NCBI GenBank assembly: GCA_009914755.4
Contig: CP086569.2
Location: 21,056,001 to 21,120,000, forward strand
Direction: 5' to 3'
Origin: the human T2T-CHM13v2.0 reference genome, Homo sapiens
Length of the DNA stretch: 64,000 nt
The notes beneath the pieces were generated by a model. The model worked only from the letters and a program-made list of their open reading frames with translations, was not told the DNA's origin and made no database searches. A program made the translations under genes and the position numbers. Below are positions 40,301-51,100 of this stretch, piece by piece (the first letter of the stretch is position 1; every line of letters starts with the position of its first letter).

Positions 40301-41564
40301 ACAGAGTTTGTTCCTTCAGATGTGTCCAGAGTTTCTTCCTTCTGGCAGGTTCATGGTCTTGCTCACTTCAAGAATGAAGATGCAGACCTTTACGGTGAGT
40401 GTTACAGCACATAAAGGTGTTATGTCCAGAGATTGTTCCTTCAGATGTGTCCAGAGTTTCTTCCTTCTGGCAGGTTCATGGTCTTGCTCACTTCAAGAAT
40501 GAAGCTGCAGTCCTTTACGGTGAGTGTTACATCATTTAAAGGTGTTATATCCAGAGTTTTTTACATCAGACGTGTCTAGATTTCCTTCCTTCTGGGAGGT
40601 TCACGGACTTGCTAATTTCAAGAATGAAGCTGCAGACCTTAGTGGTGAGTTTTACAGCACTTAAAGCTGTTATGTCCAGAGTTTGTTCCTTCAGATGTGT
40701 CCAGAGTTTCTTCCTTCTCCAGGTTCATGGTCTTGCTCACTTCAAGAATGAAGCTGCAGACCTTAGTGGTGAGCGTTACAGCAGTTAAGTTTTTATGTCC
40801 AGAGTTTGTTCCTTCAGATAAGTCCAGAGTTTCGTCCTTCTGGCAGGTTCATGGTCTTGCTCACTTGAAGAATGAAGCTGCGGACCCTAGTTGTGAGCGT
40901 TACAGCACTTAAGTTTTTATGTCCAGAGTTTGTTCCTTCAGATAAGTCCAGAGTTTCTTCCTTCTGGCAGGTTCATGGTCTTGCTCACTTCAAGAATGAA
41001 GCTGCAGACCTTAGTGGTGAGCGTTACAGCAGTTAAGTTTTTATGTCCAGAGTTTGTTCCTTCAGATAAGTCCAGACTTTCTTCCTTCTGGCAGGTTCAT
41101 GGTCTTGCTCACTTCAAGAATGAAGCTGCAGACCTTTACGGTGAGTGTTACAGCACTTAAAAGTGTTATGTCCAGAGTTTGTTCCTTCAGAAGTGTCCAG
41201 AGTTTCTTCCTTCTGACAAGTTCATGGTCTTGCTCACTTCAAGAATGAAGCTGCAGACCTTTACGGTGAGTGTTACAGCATTAATGGTGTTATGTACAGA
41301 GTTTGTTCCTTCAGATGTGTGCAGAGTTTCTTCCTTCTGGCAGGTTCATGGTATTGCTCACTTCAAGAATGAAGCTGCAGACCTTAGTGGTGAGTGTTAC
41401 AGCACTTAAAGTTGTTATGTCCAGGGTTTGTTCCTTCAGATGTGTACAGAGTTTCTTCCCTCTGGCTGGTTCTTGGTCTTGCTCACTTCAAGAATGAAGC
41501 TGCAGACCTTTACGGTGAGTGTTACAGCATTTAATGGAGTTATGTCCAGAGTTTCTTACATCAG
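37332..41564. repeat. 4233 bp composite HOR: a ~985 bp block related to 30113-31109, followed by a ~3248 bp variant of the 3111 bp unit carrying one extra monomer
   Basis: 37332-38316 parallels 30113-31109 in monomer order: MCLELL(KT), PGFVPSD, ISPEFLPSC, MTRQTF, CPLSS, and so on. 38317-41564 parallels 31110-34220 monomer for monomer. The next MCLELL-type monomer is at 41565. Confidence 0.8.
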
Positions 41565-42933
41565 ATGTGTCTAGAGCTCCTTCCTTCTGGGAGGTTCATG
41601 GACTTGCTCATTTCAAGAATGAAGCTGAAGACCTTAGTGGTGAGTTTTACAGCACTTAAAGGTGTTAGGTCCAGAGTTTGTTCCTTCAGATGTGTCCAGA
41701 GTTTCTTCCTTCTGGCAGGTTCATGGTGTTGCTCACTTCAAGAATGAAGCTGCAGACCTTAGTGGTGAGCGTTACAGCACTGAAGTTTTTATGTCCAGGG
41801 TTTGTTCCTTCAGATAAGTCCAGAGTTTCTTCCTTCTTGCAGGTTCATGGTCTTGCTCACTTCAAGAATGAAGCTGCAGAACTTAGTGGTGAGTTTTACA
41901 GCACATAAAGGTGTTATGTCCAGAGTTTGTTCCTTCAGATGTGTCCAGATTTTCTTCCTTCTGGCAGGTTCATGGTCTTGCTCACTTCAAGAATGACGCG
42001 GCAGACCTTTAGGGTGAGTGTTACAGCATTTAAAGGTGTTATGTCCAGAGTTTGTTCCTTCAGATGTGTCCACTTTCTTCCTTCTGGCAGGTTCATGGTC
42101 TTGCTCACTTCAAGAATGAAACTGTAGACCTTTACGGTGAGTGTTACAGTAACGAAAGATGCTATGTCCAGAGTTTGTTCCTTCAGATGTGTCCAGAGTT
42201 TCTTCCTTCTGGCAGGTTCATGGTCTTGCTCACTTCAAGAATGAAGCTGCAGACCTTTACGGTGAGTGTTACAGCATTTAAAGTTGATATGTCCAGAGTT
42301 TGTTCCTTCAGATGTGTCCAGAGTTTCCTCCTTCTGGCAGGTTCACGGTCTTGCTCACTTCAAGAATGAAGCTGCAGACCTTAGTGGTGAGCGTTACAGC
42401 ACTTAAGTTTTTATGTCCAGAGTTTGTTCCTTCAGATAAGTCCAGAGATTCTTCCTTCTGGCAGGTCCATGGTCTTGCTCACTTCAAGAATGAAACTGCA
42501 GACCCTTACGGTGAGTGTTACAGCACTTAAAATTGTTATGTCTAGAGTTTGTTCCTTCATATGTGTCCAGTTTCTTCCTTCTGGAAGGTTCATGGTCTTG
42601 CTCACTTCAAGAATGAAACTGTAGACCTTTACGGTGAGTGTTACAGCACTGAAAGATGTTATTTCCAGAGTTTGTTCCTTCAGATGTGTCCAGAGTTTCT
42701 TCCTTCTGGCAGGTTCATGGTCTTGCTCACTTCAAGAATGAAGCTGCAGACCTTTACGGTGAGTGTTACAGCACATAAAGGTGTTATGTCCACAGTTTGT
42801 TCCTTCAGATGTGTCCAGAGTTTCTTCCTTCTGGCAGGTTCATGGTCTTGCTCACTTCAAGAATGAAGCTGCAGTCCTTTACGGTGAGTGTTACATCATT
42901 TAAAGGTGTTATGTCCAGAGTTTTTTACATCAG

Positions 42934-45173
42934 ATGTGTCTAATATTCCTTCCTTCTGGGAGGTTCGTGGACTTGCTCATTTCAAGAATGAAGCTGCAGA
43001 CCTTAGTGGTGAGTTTTACAGCACTTAAAGCTGTTATGTCCAGAGTTTGTTCCTTCAGATGTGTCCAGAGTTTCTTCCTTCTCCAGGTTCATGGTCTTGC
43101 TCACTTCAAGAATGAAGCTGCAGACCTTAGTGGTGAGCGTTACAGCACTTAAGTTTTTATGTCCAGAGTTTGTTCCTTCAGATAAGTCCAGAGTTTCTTC
43201 CTTGTGGCAGGTTCATGGTCTTGCTCACTTCAAGAATGAAGCTGCAGACCTTAGTGGTGAGCGTTACAGCACTTAAGTTTTTATGTCCACAGTTTGTTCC
43301 TTCAGATATGTCCAGAAATTCTTCCTTCTGGCAGGTCCATGGTCTTGCTCACTTCAAGAATGAAACTGCAGACCCTTACGGTGAATGTTACAGCACTTAA
43401 AATTGTTATGTCTAGAGTTTCTTCCTTCATATGTGTCCAGTTTCTTCCTTCTGGAAGGTTCATGGTCTTGCTCACTTCAAGAATGAAACTGTAGACCTTT
43501 ACGGTGAGTGTTACAGCACTGAAAGATGTTATTTCCAGGGTTTGTTCCTTCAGATGTGTCCAGAGTTTCTTCCTTCTGGCAGGCTCATGGTCTTGCTCAC
43601 TTCAAGAAAGAAGCTGCAGAACTTAGTGGTGAGTTTTGCAGCACTTAAAGGTGTTATGTCCAGAGTTTGTTCCTTCCGATGTGTCCAGAGTTTCTTTCTT
43701 CTGGCAGGTTCATGGTCTTGCTCACTTCAAGAATGAAGCTGCAGACCTTAGTGGTGAGTGTTACAACACTTAAAGATGTTATTTACAGAGTTTGTTCCTT
43801 CACATGTGTACAGAGTTTCTTCCTTCTGGCAGGTTCATGGTCTTGCTCACTTCAAGAATGAAGCTGCAGACCTTTACGGTGAGTGTTACAGCACATAAAG
43901 GTGTTATGTCCAGAGTTTGTTCCTTCAGATGTGTCCAGAGTTTCTTCCTTCTGGCAGGTTCATGGTCTTGCTCACTTCAAGAATGAAGCTGCAGTCCTTT
44001 ACGGTGAGTGTTACATCATTTAAAGGTGTTATGTCCAGAGTTTTTTACATCAGATGTGTCTAATATTCCTTCCTTCTGGGAGGTTCATGGACTTGCTCAT
44101 TTCAAGAATGAAGCTGCAGACCTTAGTGGTGAGTTTTACAGCACTTAAAGCTGTTATGTCCAGAGTTTGTTCCTTCAGATGTGTCCAGAGTTTCTTCCTT
44201 CTCCAGGTTCATGGTCTTGCTCACTTCAAGAATGAAGCTGCAGACCTTAGTGGTGAGCGTTACAGCACTTAAGTTTTTATGTCCAGAGTTTGTTCCTTCA
44301 GATAAGTCCAGAGTTTCTTCCTTGTGGCAGGTTCATGGTCTTGCTCACTTCAAGAATGAAGCTGCAGACCTTAGTGGTGAGCGTTACAGCACTTAAGTTT
44401 TTATGTCCACAGTTTCTTCCTTCAGATAAGTCCAGAGATTCTTCCTTCTGGCAGGTCCATGGTCTTGCTCACTTCAAGAATGAAACTGCAGACCCTTACG
44501 GTGAATGTTACAGCACTTAAAATTGTTATGTCTAGAGTTTCTTCCTTCATATGTGTCCAGTTTCTTCCTTCTGGAAGGTTCATGGTCTTGCTCACTTCAA
44601 GAATGAAACTGTAGACCTTTACGGTGAGTGTTACAGCACTGAAAGATGTTATTTCCAGGGTTTGTTCCTTCAGATGTGTCCAGAGTTTCTTCCTTCTGGC
44701 AGGCTCATGGTCTTGCTCACTTCAAGAAAGAAGCTGCAGAACTTAGTGGTGAGTTTTGCAGCACTTAAAGGTGTTATGTCCAGAGTTTGTTCCTTCAGAT
44801 GTGTCCAGAGTTTCTTCCTTCTGGCAGGTTCATGGTCTTGCTCATTTCAAGAATGAAGCTGCAGACCTTAGTGGTGAGTGTTACAACACTTAAAGACGTT
44901 ATTTACAGAGTTTGTTCCTTCAGATGTGTCCAGAGTTTCTTCCTTCTGGCAGGTTCATGGTCTTGCTCACTTCAAGAATGAAGATGCAGACCTTTACGGT
45001 GAGTGTTACAGCACATAAAGGTGTTATGTCCAGAGATTGTTCCTTCAGATGTGTCCAGAGTTTCTTCCTTCTGGCAGGTTCATAGTCTTGTTCACTTCAA
45101 GAATGAAGCTGCAGTCCTTTACGGTGAGTGTTACATCATTTAAAGGTGTTATATCCAGAGTTTTTTACATCAG
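42934..45173. repeat. Two tandem copies of a 1120 bp (9-monomer) HOR; a third, rearranged unit starts at 45174
   Basis: MCLIF-type monomers sit at 42934 and 44054 and an MCLD type at 45174, each 1120 bp apart. The internal series 43061/44181, 43170/44290, 43431/44551, 43667/44787 and 43792/44912 match with a few substitutions. Confidence 0.85.
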
Positions 45174-45409
45174 ATGTGTCTAGATTTCCTTCCTTCTGGG
45201 AGGTTCACGGACTTGCTCATTTCAAGAATGAAGCTGCAGACCTTAGTGGTGAGTTTTACAGCACTTAAAGCTGTTATGTCCAGAGTTTGTTCCTTCAGAT
45301 GTGTCCAGAGTTTCTTCCTTCTCCAGGTTCATGGTCTTGCTCACTTCAAGAATGAAGCTGCAGACCTTAGTGGTGAGCGTTACAGCAGTTAAGTTTTTAT
45401 GTCCAGAGT

Positions 45410-46403
45410 TTGTTCCTTCAGATAAGTCCAGAGTTTCTTCCTTCTGGCAGGTTCATGGTCTTGCTCACTTCAAGAATGAAGCTGCGGACCTTAGTGGTGA
45501 GCGTTACAGCACTTAAGTTTTTATGTCCAGAGTTTGTTCCTTCAGATAAGTCCAGACTTTCTTCCTTCTGGCAGGTTCATGGTCTTGCTCACTTCAAGAA
45601 TGAAGCTGCAGACCTTTACGGTGAGTGTTACAGCACTTAAAGGTGTTATGTCCAGAGTTTGTTCCTTCAGAAGTGTCCAGAGTTTCTTCCTTCTGACAAG
45701 TTCATGGTCTTGCTCACTTCAAGAATGAAGCTGCAGACCTTTACGGTGAGTGTTACAGCATTAATGGTGTTATGTACAGAGTTTGTTCCTTCAGATGTGT
45801 GCAGAGTTTCTTCCTTCTGGCAGGTTCATAGTATTGCTCACTTCAAGAATGAAGCTGCAGACCTTAGTGGTGAGCGTTACAGCAGTTAAGTTTTTATGTC
45901 CAGAGTTTGTTCCTTCAGATAAGTCCAGAGTTTCTTCCTTCTGGCAGGTTCATGGTCTTGCTCACTTCAAGAATGAAGCTGCGGACCTTAGTGGTGAGCG
46001 TTACAGCACTTAAGTTTTTATGTCCAGAGTTTGTTCCTTCAGATAAGTCCAGACTTTCTTCCTTCTGGCAGGTTCATGGTCTTGCTCACTTCAAGAATGA
46101 AGCTGCAGACCTTTACGGTGAGTGTTACAGCACTTAAAGGTGTTATGTCCAGAGTTTGTTCCTTCAGAAGTGTCCAGAGTTTCTTCCTTCTGACAAGTTC
46201 ATGGTCTTGCTCACTTCAAGAATGAAGCTGCAGACCTTTACGGTGAGTGTTACAGCATTAATGGTGTTATGTACAGTGTTTGTTCCTTCAGATGTGTGCA
46301 GAGTTTCTTCCTTCTGGCAGGTTCATGGTATTGCTCACTTCAAGAATGAAGCTGCAGACCTTAGTGGTGAGTGTTACAGCACTTAAAGTTGTTATGTCCA
46401 GGG
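45410..46403. repeat. 497 bp (4-monomer) tandem duplication inside the HOR
   Basis: ORFs at 45410, 45534 and 45659 are repeated at 45907, 46031 and 46156, which is +497. The translations differ by about one residue across the set. Confidence 0.85.
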
Positions 46404-46892
46404 TTTGTTCCTTCAGATGTGTACAGACTTTCTTCCCTCTGGCTGGTTCTTGGTCTTGCTCACTTCAAGAATGAAGCTGCAGACCTTTACGGTGAGTGTT
46501 ACAGCATTTAATGGAGTTATGTCCAGAGTTTCTTACATCAGATGTGTCTAGAGCTCCTTCCTTCTGGGAGGTTCATGGACTTGCTCATTTCAAGAATGAA
46601 GCTGAAGACCTTAGTGGTGAGTTTTACAGCACTTAAAGGTGTTAGGTCCAGAGTTTGTTCCTTCAGATGTGTCCAGAGTTTCTTCCTTCTGGCAGGTTCA
46701 TGGTCTTGCTCACTTCAAGAATGAAGCTGCAGAACTTAGTGGTGAGTTTTACAGCACATAAAGGTGTTATGTCCAGAGTTTGTTCCTTCAGATGTGTCCA
46801 GAGTTTCTTCCTTCTGGCAGGTTCATGGTATTGCTCACTTCAAGAATGAAGCTGCAGACCTTAGTGGTGAGTGTTACAGCACTTAAAGTTGT

Positions 46893-47392
46893 TATGTCCA
46901 GAGTTTGTTCCTTCAGATGTTTCCAGAGTTTCTTCCCTCTGGCAGGTTCTTGGTCTTGCTCACTTCAAGAATGAAGCTGCAGACCTTTACGGTGAGTGTT
47001 ACAGCATTTAATGGAGTTATGTCCAGAGTTTCTTACATCAGATGTGTCTAGAGTTCCTTCCTTCTGGGAGGTTCATGGACTTGCTCATTTCAAGAATGAA
47101 GCTGAAGACCTTAGTGGTGAGTTTTACAGCACTTAAAGGTGTTAGGTCCAGAGTTTGTTCCTTCAGATGTGTCCAGAGTTTCTTCCCTCTGGCAGGTTCT
47201 TGGTCTTGCTCACTTCAAGAATGAAGCTGCAGACCTTTACGGTGAGTGTTACAGCATTTAATGGAGTTATGTCCAGAGTTTCTTACATCAGATATGTCTA
47301 GAGTCCCTTCCTTCTGGGAGGTTCATGGACTTGCTCATTTCAAGAATGAAGCTGAAGACCTTAGTGGTGAGTTTTACAGCACTTAAAGGTGT
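46893..47392. repeat. 250 bp dimeric unit, 2 copies: an 'FFPLAG'-type monomer plus an MCLE-type monomer
   Basis: MCLE-type ORFs sit at 47042 and ~47292, each preceded by a 'ttcttccctctggcaggttcttgg' monomer. The same dimer recurs at 49774-50273, with ORFs at 49911 and 50161. Confidence 0.75.
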
Positions 47393-48153
47393 TAGGTCCA
47401 GAGTTTGTTCCTTCAGATGTGTCCAGAGTTTCTTCCTTCTGGCAGGTCCATGGTCTTGCTCACTTCAAGAATGAAGCTGTAGACCTTAGTGGTGACCGTT
47501 ACAGCACTTAAGTTTTTATGTCCAGAGTTTTTTCCTTCAGATATGTTTAGAGTTTCTTCCTTCTGGCAGGTTCATGGTCCTGCTCACTTCAAAAATGAAG
47601 CTGCAGACCTTTACGGTGAGTGTTACAGCATTTAAATGTGTTATGTCCATAGTTTGTTCCTTCAGATGTGTGCAGAGTTTCTTCCTTCTGGCAGGACCAT
47701 GGTATTGCTCACCTCAACAATGAAGCTGCAGAACTTAGTGGTGAGTGTTACAGCACTTCAAGTTGTTATGTCCAGAGTTTGTTCCTTCAGATATGTCCAG
47801 AGTTTCTTCTTTCTGGCAGGTTCATGGTCTTGCTCACTTCAAAAATGAAGCTGCAGTCCTTTACGGTGAGTGTTACATCATTTAAAGGTGTTATGTCCAA
47901 AGTTTTTTTACCTCAGATGTGTCTAGAGTTCCTTCTTTCTGGGAGGTTCATGTAGTTGCTCATTTCAAGAATGAAGCTGCAGACATTAGTGGTGAGTTTT
48001 ACAGCACTTAAAGGTGTTATGTCCAGAGTTTGTTCCTTCAGATGTGTCCAGAGTTTCTTCCTTCTGGCAAGTTCATGGTCTTGCTCACTTCAAGAATGAA
48101 GCTGCAGATATTTACGGTGAGTGTTACAGCATTAATGGTGTTATGTACAGAGT

Positions 48154-51100
48154 TTGTTCCTTCAGATGTGTGCAGAGTTTCTTCCTTCTGGCAGGTTCAT
48201 GGTCTTGCTCACTTCAAGAATGAAGCTGCAGACCTTAGTGGTGAGCGTTACAGCACTTAAGTATTTATGTCCAGAGTTTGTTCCTTCACATAAGTCCAGA
48301 GTTTCTTCCTTCTGTCCGGTTCATGGTCTTGCTCACTTCAAGAATGAAGCTGCAGACCTTAGTGGTGAGTGTTACAACACTTAAAGATGTTATTTCCAGA
48401 GTTTGTTCCTTCAGATGTGTCCAGAGTTTCTTCCTTCTGGCAGGTTCATAGTCTTGCTCACTTCAAGAATGAAGCTGCAGACCTTTACGGTGAGTGTTCC
48501 AGCACATAAAGGTGTTATGTCCAGAGTTTGTTCCTTCAGATGTGTCCAGAGTTTCTTCCTTCTGGCAGGTTCATGGTCTTGCTCACTTCAAGAATGAGGC
48601 GGCAGACCTTTACGGTGAGTGTTATAGCATATAATGGTGTTATGTCCAGAGTTTGTTCCTTCAGATGTGTCCAGTTTCTTCCTTCTGCCAGGTTCATGGT
48701 CTTGCTCACTTCAAGAATGAAACTGTAGAACTTTACGGTGAGTGTTACAGCAATGAAAGATGCTATATCCAGAGTTTGTTCCTTCAGATGTGTCCAGAGT
48801 TTCTTCCTTCTGGCAGGTTCTTGGTCTTGCTCACTTCAAGAATGAAGCTGCAGACCATTACGGTGAGTGTTACAGCATTTAAATGTGTTATGTCCAGAGT
48901 TTGTTCCATCAGATGTGTCTAGAGTTCCTTACTTCTGGGAGGTTCATAGACTTGCTCATTTCAAGAATGAAGCTGCAGACCTTTACGGTGAGTGTTATAG
49001 CACTTAAAGGTGTTATGTCCAGAGTTTGTTCCTTCCGATGTGTCCAGAGTTTCTTCCTTCTGGCAGGTTCATTGTCTTGCTCACTTCAAGAATGAAGCTG
49101 CAGAACTTAGTGGTGAGTTTTACACACTTAAAGGTGTTATGTCCAGAGTTTTTTCCTTCAGATGTGTCCAGAGTTTCTTACTTCCGGCAGGTTCATGGTC
49201 TTGCTCACCTCAAGAATGAAGCTGCAGACCTTTACGGTGAGTGTTACAGCATTTAAAGGTGTTAGGTCCAGAGTTTGTTCCTTCAGATGTGTGCAGAGTT
49301 TCTTCCTTCTGGCAGGTTCATGGTATTGCTCACTTCAATAATAAAGCTGCAGACCTTAGTGGTGTGTTTTACAGCACTTAAATGTGTTATGTCCAGAGTT
49401 TCTTCCTTCAGATGTGTCCAGAGTTTCTTCCTTCTGGCTGGTTCATGGTCTTGCTCACCTCAAGAATGAAGCTGCAGACCTTTACGGTGAGTGTTACAGC
49501 ACTTAAAGGTGTTATGTCCCGAGTTTGTTCCTTTAGATGTGTCCAGAGTTTCTTCCTTCTGGCAAGATCATGGTCTTGCTCACTTCAAGAATGAAGCTGC
49601 AGACATTTACGGTGAGTGTTACAGCATTAATGGTGTTATGTACAGAGTTTGTTCCTTCAGATGTGTGCAGAGTTTCTTCCTTCTGGCAGGTTCATGGTAT
49701 TGCTCACTTCAAGAATGAAGCTGCAGACCTTAGTGGTGAGTGTTACAGCACTTAAAGTTGTTATGTCCAGAGTTTGTTCCTTCAGATGTTTCCAGAGTTT
49801 CTTCCCTCTGGCAGGTTCTTGGTCTTGCTCACTTCAAGAATGAAGCTGCAGACCTTTACGGTGAGTGTTACAGCATTTAATGGAGTTATGTCCAGAGTTT
49901 CTTACATCAGATGTGTCTAGAGTTCCTTCCTTCTGGGAGGTTCATGGACTTGCTCATTTCAAGAATGAAGCTGAAGACCTTAGTGGTGAGTTTTACAGCA
50001 CTTAAAGGTGTTAGGTCCAGAGTTTGTTCCTTCAGATGTGTCCAGAGTTTCTTCCCTCTGGCAGGTTCTTGGTCTTGCTCACTTCAAGAATGAAGCTGCA
50101 GACCTTTACGGTGAGTGTTACAGCATTTAATGGAGTTATGTCCAGAGTTTCTTACATCAGATGTGTCTAGAGTCCCTTCCTTCTGGGAGGTTCATGGACT
50201 TGCTCATTTCAAGAATGAAGCTGAAGACCTTGGTGGTGAGTTTTACAGCACTTAAAGGTGTTAGGTCCAGAGTTTGTTCCTTCAGATGTGTCCAGAGTTT
50301 CTTCCTTCTGGCAGGTCCATGGTCTTGCTCACTTCAAGAATGAAGCTGTAGACCTTAGTGGTGATCGTTACAGCACTTAAGTTTTTATGTCCAGAGTTTT
50401 TTCCTTCAGATATGTTTAGAGTTTCTTCCTTCTGGCAGGTTCATGGTCCTGCTCACTTCAAAAATGAAGCTGCAGACCTTTACGGTGAGTGTTACAGCAT
50501 TTAAATGTGTTATGTCCATAGTTTGTTCCTTCAGATGTGTGCAGAGTTTCTTCCTTCTGGCAGGACCATGGTATTGCTCACCTCAAGAATGAAGCTGCAG
50601 AACTTAGTGGTGAGTGTTACAGCACTTCAAGTTGTTATGTCCAGAGTTTGTTCCTTCAGATATGTCCAGAGTTTCTTCTTTCTGGCAGGTTCATGGTCTT
50701 GCTCACTTCAAAAATGAAGCTGCAGTCCTTTACGGTGAGTGTTACATCATTTAAAGGTGTTATGTCCAAAGTTTTTTTACCTCAGATGTGTCTAGAGTTC
50801 CTTCTTTCTGGGAGGTTCATGTAGTTGCTCATTTCAAGAATGAAGCTGCAGACATTAGTGGTGAGTTTTACAGCACTTAAAGGTGTTATGTCCAGAGTTT
50901 GTTCCTTCAGATGTGTCCAGAGTTTCTTCCTTCTGGCAGGTTCATGGGCTTGCTCACTTCAAGAATGAAGCTGCAGACCTTTACGGTGAGTGTTACAGCA
51001 CTTAAAGGTGTTATGTCCAGAGTTTGTTCCTTCAGATGTGTCCAGAGTTTCTTCCTTCTGGCAGTTTCATGGTCTTGCTCACTTCAAGAATGACGCAGCA

